DNA from: Myxococcota bacterium
GTDB taxonomy: Bacteria; Myxococcota_A; UBA9160; UBA4427
Assembly (NCBI GenBank): GCA_046583195.1
Contig: JAYGCV010000057.1
Coordinates: 13,237-77,236 of the forward strand
Length of the DNA: 64,000 bases
Reading direction: 5' to 3'
The notes under the pieces were generated by a model. The model was given only the letters and a program-made list of their open reading frames with translations. It did not search any database and was not told the origin of the DNA. The position numbers and the translations under genes are program-made. Of the stretch, positions 1-8,880 are shown in pieces; within the stretch, counting starts at the first letter, position 1; the number at the start of each line of letters is the position of its first letter.

Positions 1-222
1 TTGCCGCGCCCCGATCACGAAGAGCGCGGCGATCACGGTGGCCGGGTTCGGCCACAGGGCGACCACGGCGAAGCTGGTTGCGACCAGCGCCCAGTTGAGT
101 GCAATCGATCCCGCAGTGCGCAGGTCGTTCATGTGCAGGAGGTCGTGGACTTCTTCGCGCGAAAGGGCGCGGCGCCAGTTCGACCCGAGGTGTTCCTCGG
201 CTCCGATGGCGCTGGAAGTCAT
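1..222 (-). CDS. Membrane fatty-acid desaturase family protein, N-terminal fragment (gene runs off the window start)
   Basis: Not in the ORF track because it has no stop in the window. The reverse complement of 1-222 starts at ATG (222-220) and reads MTSSAIGAEEHLGSNWRRALSREEVHDLLHMNDLRTAGSIALNWALVATSFAVVALWPNPATVIAALFVIGARQ. GGAG lies 7 nt upstream. The layout (polar head, hydrophobic helix, IGxRQ) is typical of desaturase N-termini just before the first His box. Confidence 0.55.
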   Translation of the reverse strand, partial: MTSSAIGAEEHLGSNWRRALSREEVHDLLHMNDLRTAGSIALNWALVATSFAVVALWPNPATVIAALFVIGARQ

Positions 223-448
223 AGGGGTTCTCCGTGCAGGGCGCGTGGCGCTAGCAGAATCCTGTCTTTCCAATACTATGAAAACATGGATCGAGGCGCC
301 GCAATCCGCTCGCTGGGCGCGCTGGTTCGAGTTTCGCGCCTGTCCGTGTTCCGTCTGCTCGTGTTTCCTGGAGCGAGCCACGCGGCAGCGCCGGAAAGCG
401 GCTGATTCGGGGTCCGAGAACGAACGCACGACGCCTCCGGAGGGGACG

Positions 449-1594
449 GTGAAACAACAGGCCGACTTCGTCGTGATCGGCGCGGGGATCGCGGGCGCTT
501 CGGCGGCCTACGAGCTTGCCGCGCATGGATCGGTGCTCCTTCTCGAGCGCGAAGCCCTCCCGGGGCACCACACCACGGGTCGCTCGGCGGCGTTCTGGGT
601 GGCCAATTACGGAAGCCAGGCGGTGCGCGCGCTGACGGCCGCCAGCCGCGAGTTTCTGGTGAATCCGCCGCCCGGGTTCAGCGAGTCGAAGCTGGTCGAG
701 TCGAACCCCATGTTGTGGATCGCCCGGCCGGATCAGGAAGCCTCGCTTGAACGCGAAGCCGTGGCGGCCGCGGAGGCGGGGGCCGTGGTCGAGAAGTTGT
801 CCGCTGCCGAGGCCGAAGCACTCTGCCCGGTGCTGCGGCCGGGCACCGTAAGCCGGGCACTCTGCGAACCCGGCGCGCTGCATATCGATGTGGCGACGTT
901 GCTCGAGGGCTACCTGCGCGGACTGCGCAAACGCGGTGGCCGGTTGCTGGCGAAACTCGCGATCGGGGCCATCGATTTTCGGGCCGCGTGTTGGGTGCTG
1001 GAAACCAGCGAAGGGACGATCGAAGCGCCCGTGCTGGTCGACGCTGCGGGGGCCTGGGCCGACCGCGTTGCGACACTTAGCGGTGTTGGAACGATCGGGC
1101 TGCGGCCACTGCGTCGCACCGCGATCACCTTCGACCCGCCGACGGGCAGCGACGCGCGCTCTTGGCCCTGCGTGGTCGACGTGGATGCGGCCTTCTATTT
1201 CAAACCCGAAGGAGGCCAACTGCTGGCGTCCCCCTGCGACGAGACGCCGATGGAGCCCTGTGATGTGGTTCCGGACGACTACGAGATCGCCCTCGTGGCC
1301 GATCTCGTACAGCGCGCCACGACCCTCGAGATCCGGCACATTCGGCGCAGCTGGGCGGGGCTACGCAACTTCGTTTCGGACCGCGGGCCGGTTATCGGAG
1401 AGGGCGCAGCCCACCCCGGTTTTTTCTGGCTCGCCGGGTTGGGCGGCTTCGGGATCATGACCTCGCCCGCCGCGGCGCGGGCGCTGGCGCACCTCGTGAC
1501 CCAGAAGGAATTGCCCGACGAACTCCGCGCCCGGGGTGTTGTGGCGTCGGACTACGCGCCGGACCGTCCGGCCCTCCGGGTCGAAGCGGGGTAG
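449..1594 (+). CDS. FAD-dependent oxidoreductase (DAO / glycine-D-amino-acid oxidase family)
   Basis: In frame with ORF 38..1594. The dinucleotide-binding motif DFVVIGAGIAGASAAYEL sits directly after GTG 449, which is preceded by GGAGGGG. The 5' 137 codons of the ORF are Arg/Cys-rich and overlap the divergent promoter region. Confidence 0.85.
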   Translation: MKQQADFVVIGAGIAGASAAYELAAHGSVLLLEREALPGHHTTGRSAAFWVANYGSQAVRALTAASREFLVNPPPGFSESKLVESNPMLWIARPDQEASLEREAVAAAEAGAVVEKLSAAEAEALCPVLRPGTVSRALCEPGALHIDVATLLEGYLRGLRKRGGRLLAKLAIGAIDFRAACWVLETSEGTIEAPVLVDAAGAWADRVATLSGVGTIGLRPLRRTAITFDPPTGSDARSWPCVVDVDAAFYFKPEGGQLLASPCDETPMEPCDVVPDDYEIALVADLVQRATTLEIRHIRRSWAGLRNFVSDRGPVIGEGAAHPGFFWLAGLGGFGIMTSPAAARALAHLVTQKELPDELRARGVVASDYAPDRPALRVEAG

Positions 1595-1613
1595 CGCGTC
1601 GCTGCGAACGCGG

Positions 1614-2402
1614 TCAGTCGCTCTCGACGGCCCAGCGGGGCGGGCGTTTCTGTGCGAAGGCCGCCATGCCTTCTCGGGCCTCGTCCGAGGCGAAGAGTTC
1701 AGCGATCTTCGCCTCGGCGTAGGCGAAGGCCTCGTCTTCGGCGAGTCGATGCACGCGACGGACCAGTTGCTTCGCTTCGCGGATCGCGTGGGGTCCGCCG
1801 CGGGCGATGGCCGCGATCTCGCCCTCCACCGCCGCTTCGAGTTCGTCGGCCTCGACCGCTCGGTGCAGCAGGTGGTAGCCGACTGCCTCGTCGGCCCCGA
1901 AGCGTTCGCCGGTCAGAAAGAGCCTCAGCGTGTCGCGGGGACCGACGACCGGCAGCACCACCACCGAGATCATCGCCGGGATAACGCCGATGCGGACCTC
2001 GGAGAAGCTGAACTTGGCGCCGCGCACGCCGATGGCGATGTCCGCCGCGGCCACCAATCCCAGCCCCCCACCGAAAGTGTGGCCGTTGACCGCGCAGATC
2101 ACGGGCTTCGGGCCGTCGCGCAGGGTCTTGAGGATTTCGATGAAGGGATTCCCCGCGGATTGCCCCGTCGGCCCCATGTCGCCGCGGTTCTTGAGATCGG
2201 CCCCGGCGCAGAAGGCGGGGCCTTCGCCCGTGAGGACGATGGCGCGTACCGCGTCGTCGGCAAGCGCGGTGTCGAGGTGCTCACGGAGTTCGGAGACCAG
2301 GGCCCCTGAGAGCGCATTGCGCGTCTTCGGAGAGGCGAGCGTGATCCAGGCCGCGCGGTCGCGGACCTCGTATCGCGTCTTGGAGGCTGCCGATGCGGAC
2401 AC
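1614..2402 (-). CDS. Enoyl-CoA hydratase/isomerase (crotonase) family protein
   Basis: 262 aa. Crotonase oxyanion-hole segments FCAGADL and GHTFGGGLGLVAAADI are present. GTG start at 2402. Confidence 0.9.
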   Translation of the reverse strand: MSASAASKTRYEVRDRAAWITLASPKTRNALSGALVSELREHLDTALADDAVRAIVLTGEGPAFCAGADLKNRGDMGPTGQSAGNPFIEILKTLRDGPKPVICAVNGHTFGGGLGLVAAADIAIGVRGAKFSFSEVRIGVIPAMISVVVLPVVGPRDTLRLFLTGERFGADEAVGYHLLHRAVEADELEAAVEGEIAAIARGGPHAIREAKQLVRRVHRLAEDEAFAYAEAKIAELFASDEAREGMAAFAQKRPPRWAVESD

Positions 2403-2586
2403 GGGGGGCGACTTTAGCAGGTTGAGGAAGAACCCCGGAGCGACTCGGGCGCGTGGAGCGTGCGGGGCGCTTCATTTCGGTGGGACCGGGGGAAGCGTGC
2501 GTGTGCCACGCGGGGCGTTTCATTTTGCAACCCGCCCGCGGCGGGGACGGGCTAGCGTCCGCAGCGACGAGGAGGATGGCATCGGC

Positions 2587-3423
2587 ATGGGCGGGCGAAG
2601 ACAGGCTTCTGTGGTCTACGTCATCGGTGCCTCGAAGGGCATCGGCCGAGCCTGCGCGCACGCCTTCGCCGAGCGGGGCGCGAAACTGGCCCTTTTTTCG
2701 CGCGGCGCCATGGCCCTCAACGAGACGTGTGCCGACCTGAAGAACGCCGGAGCCGAAGTCTTTTCCGTCCCCGTCGATGCGGCGGATGCGCAAGCCCTCT
2801 GCGAAGCCGTGGCGGCTGCGGTCGCGGCCCTGGGCCCGCCAGACGTGGTGATCAACTGCGTGGGCGGAGCGCGGCCCGCGCGCTTCGAGGATATTGACAA
2901 CGCCCGCTTCGAAGAGACTCTGCGCTGGAACCTGTCGACCGCCCGGAACCTGGCGCGCGCCGTGGTGCCGGCGATGGAGACAGGCGGCGGTGTGCTCGTC
3001 AATACGGCATCGCTGGCGGGGCTGATCGGCGTCTACGGCTACACCGACTATTGCGCAGCGAAGTTCGGCGTGATCGGTTTTTCCGAGGCCCTGCGCGCCG
3101 AGTTGCGTCCCCGGGGCATCGATGTCCGTGTGCTGTGTCCGCCCGACACCGAGACCCCGGGGTTTGCCGAAGAGGAGCGGACGAAGCCGCCGGAAACCCG
3201 GGCGGTGTCGCGGGGGGTGAAGCGGCTCTCGTCGGAGGCGGTCGCCGCGGAACTGCTTCGGGGTCTGGCGCGGTCCTCCTTCCTGATCATTCCGGGGCGC
3301 GCGGCGCGGCTTGCCTCACGGCTGCATCGCTTTGCGCCGCGGCTCGTCGAGTTCTTCATGGACCGAGCCGTCGCCCGAGAATCGGGTCAGCGGGGTCTCG
3401 CTCGCAAGGGGGACGGCCGGTGA
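2587..3423 (+). CDS. Short-chain dehydrogenase, 3-ketodihydrosphingosine reductase (KDSR)-like
   Basis: VIGASKGIG cofactor motif and catalytic YCAAK. The C-terminal stretch PPDTETPGFAEEERTKPPETR matches my recollection of the KDSR/FVT1 signature (PPDTDTPGFAEEN.TKP.ETR). ATG 2587 is chosen because the upstream 219 codons of ORF 1930..3423 are antisense to the crotonase gene. Confidence 0.85.
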   Translation: MGGRRQASVVYVIGASKGIGRACAHAFAERGAKLALFSRGAMALNETCADLKNAGAEVFSVPVDAADAQALCEAVAAAVAALGPPDVVINCVGGARPARFEDIDNARFEETLRWNLSTARNLARAVVPAMETGGGVLVNTASLAGLIGVYGYTDYCAAKFGVIGFSEALRAELRPRGIDVRVLCPPDTETPGFAEEERTKPPETRAVSRGVKRLSSEAVAAELLRGLARSSFLIIPGRAARLASRLHRFAPRLVEFFMDRAVARESGQRGLARKGDGR

Positions 3424-4631
3424 GCGTCGAAGGTGATCCCGGTGATTCGCGGGTTCTGAGCGGCGAAATCTGGGACGACTTATGCGAGACGCTGCGCGAG
3501 GCCGGGGCCCTGGTGACCGGCGCGGGGATCCCGGATTCGCCCCTCGAACGCGCGGCGGGGTTTCGTTTCCTGGCCCAGTTCCTCGAGGCGGGGATCAACT
3601 TCTGTGTCACCCACGCGGATGGGGATCATCCCGAGTTCACCCGCATGATCGATCTTGGGATGCGCTGGGGGCTCGATTCGCCCGACTGCCTGTACCTGGT
3701 CGCCAGCGTGAACGACGCCTCGCGTTACCGGATCTGGGGAGACGTGGGGAGCGCGAACCACTTCGACATCCAGGTGAACACCGGCCACTACGCGCTCGGT
3801 GAACTGGCGTCGATTCGGACGCTCGGATCGATCAGCGGGGACGAACTCGTGGCCTCGGACAGCGGCGAATTCGAGCTCTTCGTCGGCGGGGAGAAGACGC
3901 CCGGGAACTGGATTCCCAGTGGGCCCGGCGCGCGCTTCCTGTTGCTGCGGCAGAATTTTCTCGATTGGGAGCGCGAACGTCCCGCGACCCTGCGCATCGA
4001 AAAGGTCGGTGGCTCCGTGGCGAAGCCGAACCTTCGCAGCGACCAGATCGCCGAGCGTCTCGACCTGCTGAGGAGTTGGATCGAGAAGAGCGGCGGCCTG
4101 TGGCAGAGCATGAGCCGCGGCATGTTGGGCCTCGCGCCGAATTCGGTGGTGATCTACGCGCCGGAAGATTCCGCGGAACATTCGGGCTTGAAGGGGCAGA
4201 TCTACTGTCAGGGGAATTTTCGCTGCGCGCCGGACGAGGCGGTGCTCTTCGAGGCGGTGCCGCCGCCGGCGAGGCATTGGAATCTCGCCCTCGCCAATTT
4301 CTGGTGGGAGACGGTCGATTTCGTCCACCGACAGGGGTCCCTCAACGCCAGCCAGGCCCATATCGACGGGGACGGGGTCCTGCGGGTGGTGATCGCACAT
4401 CGCGATCCAGGCGTCGTGAACTGGCTCGATCCCTGCGGACACGAGGCGGGAACGCTGATCCTGCGCTTCATCCTCGCAGAAGGGGAACTTCCGCTTCCCA
4501 CTTCGAGAGTGGTTCCGCTGGCCGACCTCGAAGGGGAGTTGCCCGCCGGCACGCCCCGGGTGACGCCCGAAGAGCGCGAAGAGATCCTGCGACGTCGACG
4601 CAACGCGCTCTGGCTTCGCTACCGACGCTGA
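3420..4631 (+). CDS. Conserved hypothetical protein (possibly DUF1214/DUF1254-like), translationally coupled to the KDSR-like SDR
   Basis: GTG 3420 overlaps the SDR stop (GTGA, 3420-3423). 403 aa of balanced, non-repetitive composition (for example WGLDSPDCLYLVASVNDASRYRIWG and NWLDPCGHEAGTLILRF). The family assignment is only a resemblance. Confidence 0.7.
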   Translation: MSVEGDPGDSRVLSGEIWDDLCETLREAGALVTGAGIPDSPLERAAGFRFLAQFLEAGINFCVTHADGDHPEFTRMIDLGMRWGLDSPDCLYLVASVNDASRYRIWGDVGSANHFDIQVNTGHYALGELASIRTLGSISGDELVASDSGEFELFVGGEKTPGNWIPSGPGARFLLLRQNFLDWERERPATLRIEKVGGSVAKPNLRSDQIAERLDLLRSWIEKSGGLWQSMSRGMLGLAPNSVVIYAPEDSAEHSGLKGQIYCQGNFRCAPDEAVLFEAVPPPARHWNLALANFWWETVDFVHRQGSLNASQAHIDGDGVLRVVIAHRDPGVVNWLDPCGHEAGTLILRFILAEGELPLPTSRVVPLADLEGELPAGTPRVTPEEREEILRRRRNALWLRYRR

Positions 4632-4679
4632 GCCCGCGCAGCCCCGGCGCTGCTGGTGTTCTGGACGGGAGAGCGCGGA

Positions 4680-5192
4680 CTATTGATTGGCGGCGCGAGC
4701 TCGAAAGGCGTCGTCTTTCATCGCGTGGAGGCGCTGGGCCAGGCCCCCGGGTTCGCCCTCGGGCATCGCGGCAAGCGTCCCATCGCGCTCACTGCGCGAG
4801 CCGATGACGTTTCCGGACGCGTCGAGAAAGACCTGCAACTCGGTCTTCCCGGAAAACTGGAGCTCTTGCCACTCGACACCGTAAAAGGGCTGGTCGTTGC
4901 GGTAGTAGGCGAAAGTCTGACGCCGGTTCCCGTCGATGTCCTTGGTGTCGGCCTTGACGATGAGCAGGCCCTTCTTCGGCTCGAACCAGGCGCGGAAGGT
5001 GGTGTAGCCCTCGCTCGATCGCTCGTTGCCTTCGACCGTCGAGTAGCGATTCAAGAGGCCTTCGAGGTTCTGGGATTCGTCGACCAGCGCTTCGAGATCC
5101 GGGGCAAGGGCGGGTGCCGTCGAGACACACGCAAGCGTAAGGGCGAGCGCAAGCGCAAGGCCGATGCGACTGAGAGCGGGCGTTGCCTTCAT
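4680..5192 (-). CDS. Exported hypothetical protein (Sec signal peptide; weak lipobox)
   Basis: N-terminus MKATPALSRIGLALALALTLACVSTAPALA-PD (AxA cleavage site). Last gene of the epimerase-SDR string on the minus strand, 39 nt after the SDR stop. Confidence 0.75.
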   Translation of the reverse strand: MKATPALSRIGLALALALTLACVSTAPALAPDLEALVDESQNLEGLLNRYSTVEGNERSSEGYTTFRAWFEPKKGLLIVKADTKDIDGNRRQTFAYYRNDQPFYGVEWQELQFSGKTELQVFLDASGNVIGSRSERDGTLAAMPEGEPGGLAQRLHAMKDDAFRARAANQ

Positions 5193-5231
5193 GAGCTTCT
5201 CCTCGGGAGGCGAGTGATCGAAGGGCGTGCG

Positions 5232-6005
5232 CTAATCGGCGCTCATGCCGAGGTCCAGGGCGACGACGGCACCATGCAGGATCCGCGAGCCCGGGGCCGC
5301 GATGTAGGCGATGGCGTCGGCCACCTCTTCGGGCTTGGCCATGCCGCGGAGCCCGGTGTAGCGCCGCACCAGGCTCCAATCGAGATCGTCGGGGAACTCG
5401 ATGTGGGTGTTCATCGGGGTCTCGATTCCACCGGGGGTCACTGCGTTGATCCGAATTCCACGACCGATGTACTCGAGCGCAAGCGAGCGCGTGAGTTGGA
5501 CCACAGCGGCCTTGCTCGCGGTGTAGGCCGCCGTGTAGGCCTGCCCCTTCAGCGCTGCGATCGAGGCCACGTTGACGATGTTGCCCTCGGTCTCGAGGAG
5601 GGCCGGAATGGCCGCGCGACACATGAAGGCGGTCCCCGACAGGTTCACCCCGAGGATGAGTTCCCAGTCTTCGATAGGCATCTCGGCAAAGTGATGGAAG
5701 CGCACCACCCCCGCGGCGTTGCACAGGACGTCGAGGCGTCCCATCGCGTCGACGGCCCGGGCCACGGTGTCGCTGCAGCGCGAGGCATCGCGAACGTCGC
5801 AGACGATGGTTTCGACGCGGCCGTCCGCGGCCTGGATGGCCTGCGCCGTTTCCTCGAGCCCGGCGGTGTCGATGTCGACGGCGACGACCGCCGCGGATTC
5901 GCGGGCCAGGCGAAGGGCGACGCAGCGTCCGAGCCCAGAAGCGGCTCCGGTGACGAGAGCGACGCGCCCCTCGAATCGATTGGTCGTGATCGGCAGGCTT
6001 TCCAT
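5232..6005 (-). CDS. Classical SDR family oxidoreductase (FabG-like)
   Basis: TGAASGLG, NAAG and YTASK motifs. ATG at 6005 gives MESLPITTNRFEGRVALVTGA. The 30-codon upstream extension in the ORF track is unnecessary. Confidence 0.9.
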   Translation of the reverse strand: MESLPITTNRFEGRVALVTGAASGLGRCVALRLARESAAVVAVDIDTAGLEETAQAIQAADGRVETIVCDVRDASRCSDTVARAVDAMGRLDVLCNAAGVVRFHHFAEMPIEDWELILGVNLSGTAFMCRAAIPALLETEGNIVNVASIAALKGQAYTAAYTASKAAVVQLTRSLALEYIGRGIRINAVTPGGIETPMNTHIEFPDDLDWSLVRRYTGLRGMAKPEEVADAIAYIAAPGSRILHGAVVALDLGMSAD

Positions 6006-6015
6006 TGGGCGCAGT

Positions 6016-6963
6016 TCAGCTCGCAGACTGTTTCTGGTACCAGGCGGCGGTTCGGCACAAGCCTTCGTCGAAGGAAACCGCCGGGTCGAAGCCAAAGGCC
6101 TCTCGGGCGCGCCGGATATCGGCCTGGGAATCGCGAACGTCGCCGGCGCGCGTGTCCTGGTATTCGGGGGTGAGCTTCGTGCCGAGGATCTCGTTGAGCC
6201 GGGACGCGAGTTGGTTCAGGCTGATGCGATCGCCGCAGGCGATGTTGACGCTGATGCCGCTTGCAGAGGAGCGTGCTGCCCCGAGGTTGGCTTCGACCAC
6301 GTTCTCGACGAAAGTAAAATCGCGGGTCTGTTCGCCGTCGCCGTAGATGATCGGCGGCTTTCCGTCGAGCAGGCGCGTGATGAAGCGCGGGATGACCGCG
6401 GCGTATTGCGAGTTGGGATCCTGCCGGGGGCCGAAGACGTTGAAGTAGCGGAGCCCCACGGTCTCGAGGCCGTACAATTTCGGGAAGATGAGTCCGAGCA
6501 TTTCCGCCGAGGCCTTGCTGACGGCGTAGGGCGAGAGGGGGGCGGGTCGCAGGCCCTCGTGCTTTGGCAGCTCCTTGGTGTCGCCGTAGACCGATGAACT
6601 ACTCGCGTACACGACCTTGGCAGCGCCGGCATCCCGCGCGGCGAGCAGCACGTTGAGGCTGCCCTCCACGTTGGCGGTGATCGACGTAACCGGGTCATCG
6701 ACCGAGCGGGGCACCGAGGGCACCGCCGCCTGGTGGTAGACGTAGGTGGCGTCGCGGAAGGCGGGCTCGAGGGCCTTCGCGTCGCGGATGTCGACTTCGA
6801 AGACTTCGTAGGCGGTGGCATCAATCTCGGCGAGGTTTTCGCGGCACCCACTCGAGAAATCGTCGATCAGCCGAACGCACTCGCCGCGGTCGACGAGCGT
6901 TCGGACGAGGTGCGAGCCGATGAAGCCGGCTCCGCCGGTGACGACGTGTACGGTGTCGCTCAA
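6016..6963 (-). CDS. NAD-dependent epimerase/dehydratase (UDP-sugar 4-epimerase-like)
   Basis: VTGGAGFIGSH Rossmann motif and YAVSK catalytic pair. TTG start at 6963 is preceded by GAGAGGA. The stop lies 10 nt before the SDR start. Confidence 0.85.
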   Translation of the reverse strand: MSDTVHVVTGGAGFIGSHLVRTLVDRGECVRLIDDFSSGCRENLAEIDATAYEVFEVDIRDAKALEPAFRDATYVYHQAAVPSVPRSVDDPVTSITANVEGSLNVLLAARDAGAAKVVYASSSSVYGDTKELPKHEGLRPAPLSPYAVSKASAEMLGLIFPKLYGLETVGLRYFNVFGPRQDPNSQYAAVIPRFITRLLDGKPPIIYGDGEQTRDFTFVENVVEANLGAARSSASGISVNIACGDRISLNQLASRLNEILGTKLTPEYQDTRAGDVRDSQADIRRAREAFGFDPAVSFDEGLCRTAAWYQKQSAS

Positions 6964-7141
6964 GGAATCCTCTCGCCCGAGCGCCGAAGCTTCTCTGCGA
7001 GGCTTCGAGCGCGCGGAGGCCGGAGTATACCGGGCTCGGCCGAACGTGCGCGACGGCGGGTGGGGGCCGATATACTGCGGGCGACCGAAAGTTTTCGGCA
7101 ACATGCAGGGCCCGATCGGGCACCGCGCAGGAGGGGGCCCG

Positions 7142-8269
7142 ATGGCGGGCGTGGCACAAATCGTCAACACGCTCGGCCACGGCGGGGTTGAGAACCTCTC
7201 GAGCCGTATCGCGAGCGCGTTGGCCGAGGCGCGCCTTGGGTCGCATCTCGTGGTGACCGCAAAGGGGCCCGTCGAATTGGCCTACGCGATGGCGCCCTCG
7301 GTGGAGGTCTGGTCCGCGGAGCGGCACTTCGCCCTCGACCTCGGGGCGCTGCGTCGCATGGGCCGGTATTTCGATTCGGCGGGAGTCGACGTGGTGCACA
7401 GCCACAACTGGGTCGCGGCGTACCATGCGCAGGGTGCGGCATTCTTTGCGCGCCAGCGCCCGGTGCACGTCTTCCATTGCCACGCCGGCACCCGGCAGAG
7501 TGCTCACGGTCCCCTCGACCAGTGGGTACTCCGGGGTGTGGATGCCGTGGTGTGCGTAACCGAGGCGATTCGCGGCTCGTTCGAGGCGCAGCTTGGGTTG
7601 CCCGAAGACCGCTGCCTCCTGCTTCCGAATGGGGTCGAGGTGTACGCGCTGGCCGCGCCCTTCGAGGGCTCTCCGACGGTGGTGCAGGTGGCGAATCTCC
7701 AGGACCCGAAGGCTCACGACGTGGCGCTGCACGCCGCGGCCCGGCTGAAGCAGCGCGTGGGTGCCTTTCGCTGGGTCTGTATCGGGCTAAAGGACGAAGA
7801 CCCGGGCTACACCGAGAGGATCCACCGACTGGTCGACGAACTCGATCTCGGCGACTGCGTGGAGTTGGTGGGTCCGCGCAGCGACGTTCGCGACTGGCTT
7901 CGCAAGGCGCACGTCGGCGTTCTGAGTTCGGACCAAGAAGGCTTTCCGGTCTCGGTGTTGGAGTACATGGCCGAGGCGCTGCCGGTGGTGATGACGGACG
8001 TGGGGCAGGCGCCTCATGCGATCCGCGAGGCGGGCGCGGGTGCCATCGTGAAGGTCCGCGACGCGGATGCGCTAGCCGACGCAATTGCCTTGCGCCTCGA
8101 GGACCGCCCCGCGGCGCGCGCGGAGGGCCTTGCCGGACGCGCCCACGTCGAGCGTTTTTTCGGCTTCGCGGGAATGATGAAGGCCCTCCGCGGGCTCTAC
8201 GCGGATGGGCTCTTGCGCCGCGGACGCAGCGCTGCCGCGGCACGCATTCGGGGCTCGCAAGCCGAGTGA
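7142..8269 (+). CDS. Glycosyltransferase family 4 (GT-B fold)
   Basis: ATG 7142 is preceded by AGGAGGGGG. The C-terminal donor-binding region SSDQEGFPVSVLEYMAEALPVV (E-x7-E) is typical of GT4 enzymes. Confidence 0.85.
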   Translation: MAGVAQIVNTLGHGGVENLSSRIASALAEARLGSHLVVTAKGPVELAYAMAPSVEVWSAERHFALDLGALRRMGRYFDSAGVDVVHSHNWVAAYHAQGAAFFARQRPVHVFHCHAGTRQSAHGPLDQWVLRGVDAVVCVTEAIRGSFEAQLGLPEDRCLLLPNGVEVYALAAPFEGSPTVVQVANLQDPKAHDVALHAAARLKQRVGAFRWVCIGLKDEDPGYTERIHRLVDELDLGDCVELVGPRSDVRDWLRKAHVGVLSSDQEGFPVSVLEYMAEALPVVMTDVGQAPHAIREAGAGAIVKVRDADALADAIALRLEDRPAARAEGLAGRAHVERFFGFAGMMKALRGLYADGLLRRGRSAAAARIRGSQAE

Positions 8270-8841
8270 CCCAAGCCCCCGGTGTCTCGGAAAACGGCCG
8301 GCTCTGTGGTGCCTGCGATCTCTGTTGCCGCGTCCTGCGCGTGGATGCCCTGGCCAAACGCGGCGGGCGAGCGTGCGTGCATCAGGTCGGAAATGGCGGT
8401 GGCTGTGGCATCCACGCGGGTCGGCCGCGCATCTGTCGCGCTTACGAATGCCTGTGGCTCGGCGGGGGCCTCGAGGAAGCGGATCGGCCAGATCGACTGG
8501 GGGCGGTGATCGACATCGTCCGCGGGGAGGGCGCTCCGTACCTCGCGATCCGCCAGCAGCGGGGCGGCACCTTCGAAACCTCGGCCCGCCTGCAAGCGAT
8601 TGCGGACCGCTTTCGGGAGACCCTGCCGGTGCGGGTGACCCGGGCGGAAGACGCAGAAAACGCCGACCGGCCCTACCGGGTGCTGTTGGCGGCTGGGGTC
8701 GAGCAGCGGATCGCGGGAGAGTGGGTGGAAGTGTGGCGTTCGGGAGAGCGTCAGAGCCGGAGCCGGATGCCTTGGGCCGAGAGGCGCCTGCGTGCGCTGA
8801 CGCTGGCGTGGCAGCGCTTCAGGCAGCGAAAGATGAGCTGA
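8266..8841 (+). CDS. YkgJ-family cysteine-cluster (zinc/iron-chelating) protein
   Basis: CGACDLCC (CxxCxxCC) followed by CGIHAGRPRICRAYEC. GTG 8266 overlaps the GT4 stop (GTGA). Confidence 0.75.
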   Translation: MTQAPGVSENGRLCGACDLCCRVLRVDALAKRGGRACVHQVGNGGGCGIHAGRPRICRAYECLWLGGGLEEADRPDRLGAVIDIVRGEGAPYLAIRQQRGGTFETSARLQAIADRFRETLPVRVTRAEDAENADRPYRVLLAAGVEQRIAGEWVEVWRSGERQSRSRMPWAERRLRALTLAWQRFRQRKMS

Positions 8842-8880
8842 GAGGGCGCGGAAGCGCGGCCGCTTGCGGATTCTGAAATC

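Noticed and set aside
38-448. N-terminal extension of the FAD oxidoreductase ORF. Analogous 5' extensions occur at 1930..2586, 3051..3419, 7477..8265, 9432..9671, 21810..22103, 22595..23296, 23464..24000 and 34692..35426.
   Set aside because: The extensions overlap neighbouring genes or promoters and are Arg/Cys/Pro-rich. Internal ATG, GTG or TTG starts with Shine-Dalgarno sequences or stop-overlap coupling give N-termini that match family expectations.
4632-4679. Possible bidirectional terminator between the convergent DUF1214-like and exported-protein genes
   Set aside because: The best stem I could find is 5 bp (GCAGC/GCTGC) with a weak T-containing tail. This is not convincing as an intrinsic terminator.
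4680-5192. Lipoprotein call for the exported protein (LTLAC), and likewise for the dihaem cytochrome c (ASFGC)
   Set aside because: Both Cys contexts deviate from the canonical L-[AS]-[GA]-C lipobox at positions -3/-2. An AxA signal-peptidase-I site is available in the first protein. I kept them as 'exported, possibly lipid-anchored' only.
7085-7098. CCGAAA-GT-TTTCGG inverted repeat in the epimerase / GT4 divergent promoter region
   Set aside because: There are only 6-bp arms and a single occurrence. I cannot distinguish it from chance without comparative data.
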